Assembly: GCA_963794325.1 (NCBI GenBank) | Contig: CAWCDG010000004.1 | Coordinates: 960,001-1,024,000 of the forward strand | Reading direction: 5' to 3' | Origin: an uncultured delta proteobacterium | GTDB lineage: Bacteria > Desulfobacterota > Binatia > Binatales > Binataceae | Length of the DNA: 64,000 bases | Shown here: one piece after another, positions 22,066-32,016 of the stretch | Layout: the number at the start of each line of letters is the position of its first letter | Numbering within the stretch: the first letter of the stretch is position 1 | The notes under the pieces: model-generated | Told to the model about the DNA's origin: nothing | Seen by the model: the letters and a program-made list of their open reading frames with translations, nothing else | Databases searched by the model: none | Position numbers and translations under genes: made by a program

Positions 22066-22728
22066 ATGATCAAGACAAAGGATCGAAAGTTGGCCGAAAC
22101 TGCTGGTAATTCGAATAGTCAGAGCACGCGCATCATCGGGCGGCGGGCGTTCGTCGCCGCAATCGCGGCGATACCCGCGATCATCGCATTCGGTTACGCT
22201 GAAACCGCTCGCACCTCGGATGCATCTCATGATTCGCCGGATTCGGGCGCCTCGGGTATAGTCAAAGTATCGATCGTTGAGTTCACCGATGCCGGCAAGA
22301 GAAAGGGACTCATCATGGAAGATAAAGTCGTCAAGACTGACGAGGAATGGCGCAAGGAGCTGAGCCCGGAGCAGTTCGAGGTCACGCGCAAAAAAGGCAC
22401 CGAGCGGCCGTTCCAGAACCTGTACGCCGAAAACCACGACAAGGGTCTCTATCGATGCATCTGCTGCGGCAACGCGCTGTTCAGCTCCGACACCAAGTTC
22501 GAGTCGGGTACCGGATGGCCGAGCTTCTACCAGCCGATCGCCCCTGAGAACGTCGAGACCAAAACCGACCGGTCATTTTTCATGAAGCGGACCGAGGTGA
22601 TGTGCGCGAAATGCGACGCACATCTCGGCCACGTGTTTGAAGATGGTCCGCGCCCAACCGGACTGCGTTACTGCATGAATTCCGCGTCGCTAAAGTTCAT
22701 CAAGTCTGACGAGCCGGAGAAGACCTGA
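22066..22728 (+). CDS. msrB: Peptide-methionine (R)-S-oxide reductase with a Tat-like leader
   Basis: GTERPF, two CxxC, GTGWPSF, HLGHVF and RYCMNS; N-terminal RRAF followed by a hydrophobic stretch. Confidence 0.93.
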   Translation: MIKTKDRKLAETAGNSNSQSTRIIGRRAFVAAIAAIPAIIAFGYAETARTSDASHDSPDSGASGIVKVSIVEFTDAGKRKGLIMEDKVVKTDEEWRKELSPEQFEVTRKKGTERPFQNLYAENHDKGLYRCICCGNALFSSDTKFESGTGWPSFYQPIAPENVETKTDRSFFMKRTEVMCAKCDAHLGHVFEDGPRPTGLRYCMNSASLKFIKSDEPEKT

Positions 22729-22780
22729 TAAAACGTGTCTGATGATTCAGCCCGGTATGCGCTTTCATCTTCCCGAAGTC

Positions 22781-24646
22781 TCAGTGATACCATAGGTATG
22801 GGATGCCGGCGTCCATCAACGCGCCGGTCTCCACGTAGTTGAAGGAATGTACCCACACGTTCCCTGAGTGGTCCACCGCCATGGTGCCATAACCCGGCAC
22901 CGTCAGAGTTCTAGATTTGCGATAATTCATCTCGCGCGCGAACTCTATAACTTCAGCCTTCGGTTCCGCAGCGACGGCCGTCCAGACATTTCCTTTGCTA
23001 TCGACTGCAACGCCATAAGGGCGACCGTCGACTGGATACGAGATCTCTTTCGTGTAGGCCTCGGATTTCAATAGCTGCACGACTCGATTCTGAGGGCAAC
23101 CTGCAGCCGCTGCCCAAAGGTTCGCCGACGAATCAAACGCGAGCGCAAAAGGACTACCTTTGATTGTGTAGGACCGGCTGACATCGTAGTTGGATCGAAC
23201 CGAAAACTCGATCAGATTGGATTCAGAATGATCAAAGTCGGTAACCCAGAGATTATTCGATGGATCAAAGGCGATACCCAACGCCCGTCCGAAGGTACGC
23301 AACTTACGCGCAACTGAGTAGCCTTTCTCTCGTGCAAGCTGGACTACGTCGTATCCCGAAAAGCTACCCGTCAGCCACAGGTTACCATAGGAATCAATCG
23401 CTATTCCGTACGGTCTCCCAGGTACGCTGAAAGTCCGCTTTGTGTCGCCCGACGGAAGAATCTCCAGTACATTGTCAGTATCCGGCTTTCCGTTGGCTAT
23501 CCACAAATTTCCAGAGTTGTCGATGGTGACTCCGTAGGGCCGTCCCGTAACGACCAAAGCTTGTAGCTGCGAATAGGCAGATGAGGCAACCAGCTTCGTT
23601 ACATCCTCCGGCCTGAAAGTAGCCGCGTATCCGAAACCGCCCATCGAGTAGGGGACGTTCTTGAAGGGGCTGGTGGTCCATACGTTATCGTCTCGATCAA
23701 CAGCTATACCAAAGACACGCCGTGGGATCGTGAAGGTCTTCCGTTGCGAAAATTTTGAGTCCTTGGTCAGCTCGATGACACGATTCTGGGCGAACCACAA
23801 ATCTGGCGCGGCCTGTGTCAGGACCCAGAGATTGTCATCGAAATCCAACGTGATCGTCGCAATATCGGGCTGGGCAGCCAGGATATTGGGGCACAACAGG
23901 CCCCGAGCGGTTTTCGTCAATTCAACCAATGAATTTTTCTGGTCGGTTGACGCCAGTAGAATGCCAGTACGACTTATGACGAGTTGTCGTACTGCGCAAG
24001 CCACCGAAAGTGTCTCCGCGTGGGCGTAATTTTCTCTTCTGGACAGCTTCAGTACTTCCCGCTCAAGATCATTTGTAAAGTTGAACAGACTTGGTATCCA
24101 GATGTCGCCCGAGCCATCCAAGGTTAGATCGAGAGGAACACTGCCGCTCGTAACTGTGAAATCAATTTCCTTCTCATAGGACGTTGCTCTAACTAGTTCT
24201 CTTACCCGCTTGGTAGCCCAAGGAGAATTTAAGGCTCCCGACAGTGCGAAAAGATTCCCTTGGTCGTCGAAAGCGAAACCGCCCGGGCGCTCTGAAGGCA
24301 TAAACCGTCTGAATTGACGGTAGCTCTTGGAGGCGAGTGCTTGCACCAGTCCCGCTCCTACCCCAGAGCTCCCTCCGCTGATCCAAAGATTGTTCTCAGG
24401 ATCGAATTTGATTTTCTCGACAGAGGTTATATCCGGAGGCAAAGAGATTTCCCGACAATTCGAATACACCGTCGATGCCAGAAATTCGACCTCGCTCGTC
24501 CCCGGCCAATACGCCATGTAAGAAGTAGAAGCTGCGTCACCGCGTACGTTCCCGACCAATAAGCAAAGTATCAACGGCAGCAAAACTGTGCGGATTGCCG
24601 CCGGGGCGGTGAAGCTCCCGCGATGACAAATGGTCAGCTTTCCCAT
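22781..24646 (-). CDS. Secreted NHL/Vgb-like multi-repeat beta-propeller protein
   Basis: Roughly 12-13 repeats of PyGiA.D..gNlW; putative signal peptide; visibly more AT-rich than its flanks. Confidence 0.75.
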   Translation of the reverse strand: MGKLTICHRGSFTAPAAIRTVLLPLILCLLVGNVRGDAASTSYMAYWPGTSEVEFLASTVYSNCREISLPPDITSVEKIKFDPENNLWISGGSSGVGAGLVQALASKSYRQFRRFMPSERPGGFAFDDQGNLFALSGALNSPWATKRVRELVRATSYEKEIDFTVTSGSVPLDLTLDGSGDIWIPSLFNFTNDLEREVLKLSRRENYAHAETLSVACAVRQLVISRTGILLASTDQKNSLVELTKTARGLLCPNILAAQPDIATITLDFDDNLWVLTQAAPDLWFAQNRVIELTKDSKFSQRKTFTIPRRVFGIAVDRDDNVWTTSPFKNVPYSMGGFGYAATFRPEDVTKLVASSAYSQLQALVVTGRPYGVTIDNSGNLWIANGKPDTDNVLEILPSGDTKRTFSVPGRPYGIAIDSYGNLWLTGSFSGYDVVQLAREKGYSVARKLRTFGRALGIAFDPSNNLWVTDFDHSESNLIEFSVRSNYDVSRSYTIKGSPFALAFDSSANLWAAAAGCPQNRVVQLLKSEAYTKEISYPVDGRPYGVAVDSKGNVWTAVAAEPKAEVIEFAREMNYRKSRTLTVPGYGTMAVDHSGNVWVHSFNYVETGALMDAGIPYLWYH

Positions 24647-24662
24647 ACTGACGTGTCTACCG

Positions 24663-25124
24663 TCAGCGACTCGCTAGCTTCCACTGAATCAGAGTGAAGC
24701 CTTCTGGGTGGTCCTCGAAGACGGCCTCCACCGGGGCGTCGAATTCGATTTCGCGTAGCGGGTCGCCTAGGAGGTTACCGACCATTCTTATGTTGCCGGC
24801 GTCGGGGAGTTCTACCACTACTACTATGTAGGGGCAGGCGGATTTTAGCGCGGGATGCGCCGGGTGCCAGACGCGCTCCCAGCTGTAGATGCGACCGCGG
24901 CCGGAGACGCGATGCCATCCGAGGTCGAGGGTGTGGCACTTGTGGCAAATCCATTCGGGGCCGAATTGAAACGTGCCGCATGAATTGCATTTCTGCACGA
25001 CCAGCTCGTGACGCTTCGCGGCTTCCCAGAATTCGCGATCCAATCCGTCGCGCGTCGGCTCGGGCGCGGGCATTCCGGCGGGCAGGTAGGTTTTGATTTG
25101 CTCGTCGTTCGGCATCGCGATCAC
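24663..25124 (-). CDS. Zn-ribbon/OB-fold protein (DUF35, ChsH2-like)
   Basis: FWEAA, CNSC...CHKC and SGRGRIYSW; overlaps the thiolase stop. Confidence 0.9.
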   Translation of the reverse strand: MIAMPNDEQIKTYLPAGMPAPEPTRDGLDREFWEAAKRHELVVQKCNSCGTFQFGPEWICHKCHTLDLGWHRVSGRGRIYSWERVWHPAHPALKSACPYIVVVVELPDAGNIRMVGNLLGDPLREIEFDAPVEAVFEDHPEGFTLIQWKLASR

Positions 25125-26290
25125 CTGCGCAGGATCAGATCGCTCACCGGCGCGACCATCGGGCCCGACACCACCATCGAAATCTCAGCGTCCTTGACCT
25201 GGCACGTCGACGTTCCCCGGACTTGCCGCGCCGCTTCGATGATCAGTTCGAGGCCGTGCATGTAGCATTCGGCGAGGTTCCCGCCGCTGGTGTTGATTGG
25301 CAACTTGCCGTTGGGCGCGGTCAGATTTTCGAAGGTGCAGAAATCCATCACCTCGTCGGGATGACAGAAGCCGTGCTCGACGATACTGGTCATCACGGCG
25401 CCGGTGAAATTTTCGTACACCTGCGCGACATCGACGTCGCGCGGTTCGATTCCCGCCATCGCGTACAAGCGCGGCGCGAGCGTCTTGAAGTTGGAGGTCG
25501 CGTAGTCGGGTCCATTCTCAGCCGCCGCGCCCTGGCGGTAGTCGGAGCCCTGCGCCGACGCCATCACGTATGCCGGGCGCTGCTTGAGATCTCGCGCGCG
25601 CTCGGCGCTGGTAACGATCACGGCCGCTGCGCCGTCGTTCTCGAGACAGCAATCATAAAGATGAAACGGCTCGACGATCCATCGCGACTCGTCGTATGCC
25701 TGGCGCGTGAGCGGACGGCCGTACATTATCGCGCGCGGATTGGATTGCGCATGGTGATAGCAGGCCATCGCGATCGCGGCGAGCGGGTCCTGCGTGATGT
25801 GGTGATCGTGCATGAAGCGGCGCGTGCGCAGCGCGATCCATTGCGCGGGCGTGGACATCCCGTACGGCCAGGTGTACGCGATGGGGCCGGAAATCGCGCG
25901 CATCGGCGGTGTCGCACCGAAGCGGCCGAACTGGCCCTGCGCCAGCGCTCGATATACGACCACGCACGTCGCGAATCCGGCGACGATCGCAGCGGCGGCG
26001 TTGCCGATCGCGCCTGATCCTCCACCACCGCCGCCGCCCCAGAACATGTTGGTGAAGCGCAACTCGGGCAGTCCGAGCGCGGTCGCGACGCGAACCGAAT
26101 CGTTGCGGTCGTTGCTGTACGATGCGATACCGTCGATCGCGGTGACGGGCAGCCCACAGTCATCGGCCGCGCGCTGAATCGCTTCGAGCGCGAGGCGAAA
26201 CTCGCTGACGGGAGCGCCGCCCCGCTTGTAGTAGGTGGTCTCGCCGACGCCGGCGATCGCAGTCTTGTCCTTGATTGTGAATTCGCTCAT
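25121..26290 (-). CDS. SCP-x/Ltp2-type thiolase-like protein (probable aldolase partner of DUF35)
   Basis: AIAGVGET, YDCCLENDGA, YENFT and NTSGGNLAECYMHG; Gly run in place of the nucleophilic Cys. Confidence 0.88.
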   Translation of the reverse strand: MSEFTIKDKTAIAGVGETTYYKRGGAPVSEFRLALEAIQRAADDCGLPVTAIDGIASYSNDRNDSVRVATALGLPELRFTNMFWGGGGGGGSGAIGNAAAAIVAGFATCVVVYRALAQGQFGRFGATPPMRAISGPIAYTWPYGMSTPAQWIALRTRRFMHDHHITQDPLAAIAMACYHHAQSNPRAIMYGRPLTRQAYDESRWIVEPFHLYDCCLENDGAAAVIVTSAERARDLKQRPAYVMASAQGSDYRQGAAAENGPDYATSNFKTLAPRLYAMAGIEPRDVDVAQVYENFTGAVMTSIVEHGFCHPDEVMDFCTFENLTAPNGKLPINTSGGNLAECYMHGLELIIEAARQVRGTSTCQVKDAEISMVVSGPMVAPVSDLILRR

Positions 26291-26367
26291 CGTGCGCCGC
26301 TGGTGATCGGCTTAGCGAAACGCGCGCAAGATTCCAAGCGGAATCGACGCTATACTCGACGGCCGGT

Positions 26368-26931
26368 ATGGAAAATAGCGACATGCTGATCGACGCACGG
26401 AACTATTGCGTCGATGCGACGATGCTCGACGGCGCTTCAATCCGCATTCGGGCGATTCGGCCTGACGATCAGGAGCGCCTCCACGAGCACTTCAGAGGGC
26501 TTAGCGAGAAGTCTAGCTATTTTCGATTTATGGGCATCAGGCGCGATCTGTCGCCGCAGGATCTAAAGCGTCTTACCGAGCTGGATTTCAAGAATCACGT
26601 CGGGCTGGCCGCGACGCTGACCGAGAATGGTCGCGAGCGGTTTATCGGCGTCGGCCGTTACATTTGCGGCGACGATCCGCATCGCGCCGAGGTCGCGTTC
26701 GCGATTCTTGACGGATACCAGGGCCGAGGTATCGGCACGTTGCTGCTCGATCATCTCAGCCGCATCGCCGATGCGAACGGCGTCACGGAGTTCGAGGCCG
26801 ACGTGCTCGGCGAGAATCGCCAGATGCTCGAGGTATTCGCGCACAGCGGCTTCAAGAGCCATCGCTCTTTGGATTCGGGCGTCGTGCATCTCCGTTCCCC
26901 GACCAGCAAGAAGTTGAAAACACAGGTTTAG
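26368..26931 (+). CDS. GNAT acetyltransferase (stand-alone Pat-like GNAT domain)
   Basis: IRAIRPDD, YFRF, AEVAF and YQGRGIGTLL motifs. Confidence 0.85.
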   Translation: MENSDMLIDARNYCVDATMLDGASIRIRAIRPDDQERLHEHFRGLSEKSSYFRFMGIRRDLSPQDLKRLTELDFKNHVGLAATLTENGRERFIGVGRYICGDDPHRAEVAFAILDGYQGRGIGTLLLDHLSRIADANGVTEFEADVLGENRQMLEVFAHSGFKSHRSLDSGVVHLRSPTSKKLKTQV

Positions 26932-26962
26932 GCATTCGCAGATCATCGGCGGAGGTCATTCG

Positions 26963-27727
26963 ATGAGTATCGTCGAGTTCGCAATCGAAAACGAAATCGC
27001 AATCGTCACTATCAACCGGCCTGAGGCGCGCAACGCCGTCGATCAACCGACGGCCGCAGCACTCGCCGACGCCTTCCGCCGCTTCGACGCCGACGACGCA
27101 CTGTCAGTCGCGATCCTCACGGGCGCGGGCGGGACGTTTTGCGCAGGCGCGGATCTGAAGGCGGTCGCGACCAATCGCGGCAATCGCGTGACCGAAGACG
27201 GCGACGGGCCGCTCGGATGCACGCGGATGCTGCTCAGCAAGCCGGTGATCGCGGCGGTCGAAGGATTCGCGGTCGCCGGCGGAATCGAGCTCGCGCTTTG
27301 GTGCGATCTGCGCGTTGCTGCGCGCGATGCGACTTTCGGCGTTTATTGCCGCCGCTTCGGAGTGCCGCTCTGCGATGGAGGCACGATTCGCCTGCCACGC
27401 CTCATCGGGATGAGCCGCGCGATGGACATGATCCTCACAGGCCGCGGCGTCTCAGGCGAAGAAGCGTTCACAATGGGCCTCGCGAATCGCGTCGTCGATC
27501 CGGGCACCGCGCTGGCGCACGCGCGCGAACTCGCCAAACAGATCGCAAGCTTCCCGCAGCGATGCATGCGCGGCGATCGCATGTCCGCCTACGAAGCGTG
27601 GACGCTCCCACTAGATGACGCGCTCAAGAACGAATACCGCTACGGCATCGCAACGGTCAATTCAGGCGAGACGCGCGCGGGCGCGGAGCGGTTCGCATCG
27701 GGGGTCGGAAGGCACGGGAAGTTCTAG
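26963..27727 (+). CDS. Enoyl-CoA hydratase/isomerase family protein
   Basis: FCAGADLK, AVAGGIELALWCD and DGGTIRLPRLIG motifs. Confidence 0.92.
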   Translation: MSIVEFAIENEIAIVTINRPEARNAVDQPTAAALADAFRRFDADDALSVAILTGAGGTFCAGADLKAVATNRGNRVTEDGDGPLGCTRMLLSKPVIAAVEGFAVAGGIELALWCDLRVAARDATFGVYCRRFGVPLCDGGTIRLPRLIGMSRAMDMILTGRGVSGEEAFTMGLANRVVDPGTALAHARELAKQIASFPQRCMRGDRMSAYEAWTLPLDDALKNEYRYGIATVNSGETRAGAERFASGVGRHGKF

Positions 27728-27750
27728 GACGGTGAAGAACTTGATTAAAA

Positions 27751-28051
27751 TGAAACCCACGGTGGGTTTCAAACTTCCTTCGGCAGGGTTAAACCCTGCA
27801 CCTTGGAATTAAGAAAGAAAGATGCGGGACTTCGTCCCTGTTAGAACTTTTTTTGGTGTCATTCTTGAGCGAAGCGAAGAATCCCGGTTCTTGTTTTACG
27901 TCGCCAAGTAAGCGGCTGGCGACTAAGTCGCCACCGCGGGAAAGGTCTCCCAACTAAGTTCGAACAGGGACGAAGTCCCGCATCCTGCTCTTAATACTGG
28001 GTGCAGGGGTCACCCCTGCCGCGGAAGCGTGAAACCCGCGAAGGGTTTCAC
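27751..28051. repeat. Nested composite of inverted repeats (family B arms, 29-bp inner IR, internal REPs)
   Basis: Outer arms 27751-27802 and 28000-28051; inner IR 27821-27849 and 27956-27984 (1 mismatch); internal REP GTCATTCTTGAGCGAAGCGAAGAATCC and a hairpin at 27912-27937. Confidence 0.85.
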
Positions 28052-28244
28052 TACAATCAAGTTCCTCCCGCCCGCTGTGGGGGCCATTGTGTCGCTTCGC
28101 TGATTCGTGTAACCTCCGGCCAAGTCAATCGTGACTTTATGCGCGCGTCGGATTCCGTGACGCCACCCTCTCAACTCATCAGACCCATAAGTTCGGCATT
28201 TTCTTCTGAACTGGAATCCGGGGTTCTGAACCATAGGATTCTAT

Positions 28245-29462
28245 TTGTCGTTCTCTGAATTTTCCGTATCGCCCGAGATCCATCGTTCAATCAAAGACCG
28301 CGGTCATCATACGGCGACCCCGGTCCAGGCCGGAGCTATCCCGGTTGCGCTCACTGGGCGCGACGTAGTTGCCACGGCTGAAACCGGCAGCGGCAAGACC
28401 GCGGCCTTTCTGATCCCGACTATCGACCGGCTCCATCGCAAGCATACGCGGCATCTCGCGGCGCTGGTGATCATGCCGACCCGCGAGCTCGCTGCGCAGG
28501 CCGCGCGCGAGTTCGATCTGATCGCGCGTCACACTCATATCCGCTGCGCGACTGTGGTTGGCGGCGAGTCCGAGCGTCACCAGATCGACCAGATTCGCAA
28601 GGGCGCGCAGGTGCTGGTCGCGTGTCCCGGACGGCTTATCGACTTCATCGAGCGCGGTATCGTCAAGCTCGACAAAGTTGAAGTCGTGATAATCGACGAA
28701 GCCGACCGGCTGCTCGACATGGGCTTCCTGCCGCAACTGCGGCGGATCATGCGGATGGTGCCGAAGCAGCGCCAGACGATGATGTTCTCGGCGACGATGG
28801 CGTCCGGTCCTGAAATGATCGCGCGCGAGTTTCTGACCTCGCCCGAGCGCGTCACGGTCGGCGGGACCAAAGCCGCGCCGCCGTCGCAGATTCGCCAGTC
28901 GATTTACCCGGTCACGCTCGAGAACAAAGGGCCGGTGCTGCTCGAGATTCTCAAGCGTCCCGAAGTCGAGAGCGCGATCGTGTTCACGCGCACCAAGAGC
29001 CGCGCGGACCGCGTCGCCAAGCTGCTGATCCGCGCCAACATCAAGGCGGTGCAGATTCACGGCGATCGCTCGCAGAGCCAGCGCAATGCGGCTCTGGCGG
29101 GATTCCGCTCGCACAAGTTCCGCGTGATGGTCGCGACCGACGTGGCCGCGCGCGGACTCGACATCCCGGACGTTTCGCACGTGATTAATTTCGATCTGCC
29201 CGACGAGACCGAGGGGTATATCCATCGCATCGGCCGCACGGCCCGGATGGGCAAGGCGGGCGAGGCGATCAGCTTGGTGACGCAGGAAGAACGCGTCAAC
29301 CTGGCGCGGCTCGAGCGCACGCTCGGCAACGCGCTCGATCGCGAGCATGTCGAGGGTTTCGAGAAAATCGAAATTCATGCGCCCAAGCCGGTGACCGTGT
29401 TCCGTTCGTCGGGCGCGCGAAATCGCTCGACGCGCAACCGTCCACGGTCGCGCTGGGCGTAA
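28245..29462 (+). CDS. DEAD-box RNA helicase (RhlE-like)
   Basis: AETGSGKT, PTRELA, DEAD, SAT, ARGLD and HRIGRTAR motifs; TTG start with AGGA SD. Confidence 0.95.
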   Translation: MSFSEFSVSPEIHRSIKDRGHHTATPVQAGAIPVALTGRDVVATAETGSGKTAAFLIPTIDRLHRKHTRHLAALVIMPTRELAAQAAREFDLIARHTHIRCATVVGGESERHQIDQIRKGAQVLVACPGRLIDFIERGIVKLDKVEVVIIDEADRLLDMGFLPQLRRIMRMVPKQRQTMMFSATMASGPEMIAREFLTSPERVTVGGTKAAPPSQIRQSIYPVTLENKGPVLLEILKRPEVESAIVFTRTKSRADRVAKLLIRANIKAVQIHGDRSQSQRNAALAGFRSHKFRVMVATDVAARGLDIPDVSHVINFDLPDETEGYIHRIGRTARMGKAGEAISLVTQEERVNLARLERTLGNALDREHVEGFEKIEIHAPKPVTVFRSSGARNRSTRNRPRSRWA

Positions 29463-29480
29463 CCGCAATCTCCCAAACTG

Positions 29481-29527
29481 AATTCCACCGCCGAGCCGAT
29501 CGCAGCCGCGATCGGCTCGGTGGAATT
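29481..29527 (+). terminator. Long hairpin downstream of the helicase
   Basis: AATTCCA(CCG)CCGAGCCGATCGC-AGCC-GCGATCGGCTCGG-TGGAATT; no strong U-tract. Confidence 0.55.
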
Positions 29528-29594
29528 GCACAAGCTTCCTACTCGGCGTTCGACCTTTTGTCGAAACACGTCCTGAGTTAGAGTTTCAGTATCA

Positions 29595-31343
29595 ATGCGC
29601 CCTAATCCTGTCTCACTCCTCCTCCGCTGCGCGCTGGTTTCAACTTGCGTCGCATTGTCCATTCTGACTTCGTGCAGCACGGCTAAATTCATCTTGCACG
29701 GCGGCGAACGCGCCAAAACGCATATCAGGCCGGAGCAGCCGGGTCCGTACGTTTTAATCTTCGCCTTTGACGGCGCCGGCTACGACCAGTTGATGGAAGC
29801 GATCAACTCGGGCAAGGCGCCTGCGATGGCCGGGATGCTGGGCAAGCCCGAAGGCGGCGGATTGTACGAGCACGCCTACTCGGTGCCCAACGCCGTCACC
29901 ATCCTGCCCTCGACTACCATCGCCGCATGGTCGGCGATCTTCACCGGCGCGCCGACGGCCTGGAACGGCGTCTCGGGCAACGAATGGTTCGTGCGTGAGG
30001 ATATGAAATTCTACGCGCCAGTGCCCGTGTCGGTTAGCGAGATGGACGACAACCGCGCGATGATCATCGAGGATCTGGTCGGCAAGGCGCTCAAGACGCC
30101 GACGCTATTCGAGCAGGCCGGAGTGAAGTCGTCGGTCTCGTTGAATCCGATTTATCGGCGCGCGGACTATTTCACCGTCGTCGATCCGATCTCGATGGTC
30201 GCGCTGTACACGGAATTCATCGCGCGGGGCGGCGGTGAGAATTCGCCCGAGGAGATGGAGATCTACGAAGACCTCGACAAGAAATCCGTGCCCAAGTTGC
30301 TCGACGGTATCGAGGATCATGGCATTTCGAAAATCCAGGTCGTGTATTTCCCGGGAATCGATCTGTACACCCATCTGGCCAGCGATCCGCTCCCGATGGA
30401 GGTGGACTACCTCGAGCGGATAACCGATCCGCTGGTCGGCCAGGTGCTGGCCTACTACCAGAAGCTCGGCATCCTCGATCAGACCTTCGTGATGATAATC
30501 GCCGACCACGGGCATACTCCGGTGTTGCGCGACCCCAAGCATGCCCTCGGCGCCAACACCAACGACGGTCCGGACGCCGCCTTGAAGGCTGCCGGATTCC
30601 GGCCGAGGAAACTCGTGCTGAATCCCGGCCCGAACGAACAGGACTACCAGTCTGCCATCGCGTACCAGGGCGCGATCGCTTACGTCTATCTGGCCGATCG
30701 TTCGACCTGCCCGAATCCCGGCACGACTTGCGACTGGAAGCGTCCGCCTCGGTGGCGGCAGGACGTGCTGCCGGCTGTGCGCGCATTTTACAACTCGAAT
30801 AAAACCGGCAAGCCAATTCCGCAGATGAAGGGCACGCTCGACTTGATCTTCGCGCGGGTGCCGACGCCGGCGGGACAACCGACGATGGAGTTCCAAATCT
30901 TCGACGGCCATCGGCTGGTGCCTATACCGGAATACCTGAAAGAGCATCCGCGGCCCGACCTGATCCAGCTCGATCGGCGGATGCAATGGCTGAGCGCGGG
31001 GCCGTACGGCAATCGCGCCGGCGACATTCTGCTGCTCACCAAGTCGGGTCTCGAGCGTCCGATCCAGAAGCGATACTACTTCTCCGGCCCGTATCACTCG
31101 TGGCACGGCAGCGCGTCGTGGCAGGACAGCCACATACCGCTGATCGTTGCGCGACAGAACTACCCGGCCGACAAGCTCAAACAAATCGTGGACGAGGTCG
31201 CGGGCCCGAATCCATCGCATTTGTCGCTGGTGCCGATCGTGCTTTCGCTGCTCGCGACCGACCTGACGCCTCCAGCATCCGTCGCGCCGCCGGCTAGCCC
31301 GGGAGCGGCCCCGTCAGCGACGCCCGCTGCGAAATCTCAATAA
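29595..31343 (+). CDS. Alkaline phosphatase superfamily (nucleotide pyrophosphatase/phosphodiesterase) lipoprotein
   Basis: LTSC lipobox-like; FAFDG, PSTT, DLYTH, ADHG and WHG motifs. Confidence 0.85.
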   Translation: MRPNPVSLLLRCALVSTCVALSILTSCSTAKFILHGGERAKTHIRPEQPGPYVLIFAFDGAGYDQLMEAINSGKAPAMAGMLGKPEGGGLYEHAYSVPNAVTILPSTTIAAWSAIFTGAPTAWNGVSGNEWFVREDMKFYAPVPVSVSEMDDNRAMIIEDLVGKALKTPTLFEQAGVKSSVSLNPIYRRADYFTVVDPISMVALYTEFIARGGGENSPEEMEIYEDLDKKSVPKLLDGIEDHGISKIQVVYFPGIDLYTHLASDPLPMEVDYLERITDPLVGQVLAYYQKLGILDQTFVMIIADHGHTPVLRDPKHALGANTNDGPDAALKAAGFRPRKLVLNPGPNEQDYQSAIAYQGAIAYVYLADRSTCPNPGTTCDWKRPPRWRQDVLPAVRAFYNSNKTGKPIPQMKGTLDLIFARVPTPAGQPTMEFQIFDGHRLVPIPEYLKEHPRPDLIQLDRRMQWLSAGPYGNRAGDILLLTKSGLERPIQKRYYFSGPYHSWHGSASWQDSHIPLIVARQNYPADKLKQIVDEVAGPNPSHLSLVPIVLSLLATDLTPPASVAPPASPGAAPSATPAAKSQ

Positions 31344-32014
31344 AGTTGCCGTCGGGATCGCGGATGAATGAAATCCGCGCGACTGCGCCGAGCGATACCG
31401 GCGCCGCGCCTTCCCACACGCCCATCGACATGAAGCGTCGATGCTCCGTGTCGACGTCGCGCACCTGCACCGTGATGTAACGCATCCCGACCGCGCGCAT
31501 CGACGCGACAACGTCCGCCGCGCTGGCTGACAGTGAAGGATTTCTCCGCGCGCACGGCCGCTGGGTCTTTGCGGCAGCTGATAATCGTTTCGCCCAGCTT
31601 GAATCGGCCCGCGCCGAGTCGTTCGGCTTGTAATGCGCCGGCGTAGAATTTCTCGAAGTCGGCTTCGTCGGTGACTCCGATATGGATTTCGATCTGATTC
31701 ACGCCGCGTTGGCCGCCAGGAATCAGCTCGATATCGTTGCCGTCGGGATCCTGCGTCGGGATCGGCATCGGGGTTCGCGGATCGGAAATCGAAATTTTAT
31801 GGTATCCGCCGGCGATCCGCGGCGGGAGCTGATCGCGCGAGTGATTTATTTTCAGCACTGAGCCGAGCAGTCCGTAGCGATATTGCCGCACGCCGCCGCC
31901 GACTGGCAGTAGCTCTTCATAAGGCAGCCGGATTCGCTCGCCGTAAAACGCACGCATCTCGTCGAGCCGGTTGGTGAAAATTCCCACGTCGATGAATCGC
32001 TTCGCCAGTTCCAT
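31294..32014 (-). CDS. VOC/glyoxalase family protein (two domains), apparent +1 frameshift near 31537-31540
   Basis: DPDGNDIEL and RDPDGNFIEIS lie in two ORFs that join after removing one base. Confidence 0.8.
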
Positions 32015-32016
32015 TT

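Noticed and set aside
21385-24646. Prophage or integrative element around higBA
   Set aside because: No integrase, att repeats, tRNA or phage genes; the TA pair appears to be a solitary chromosomal module.
27751-28051. Possible CRISPR array
   Set aside because: The repeats are inverted and nested, not direct repeats with regular unique spacers, and there are no cas genes.
28001-28258. Small ORFs starting MQGSPLPRKRETR (also 60539-60772)
   Set aside because: They are translations of the family B repeat, not independent genes.
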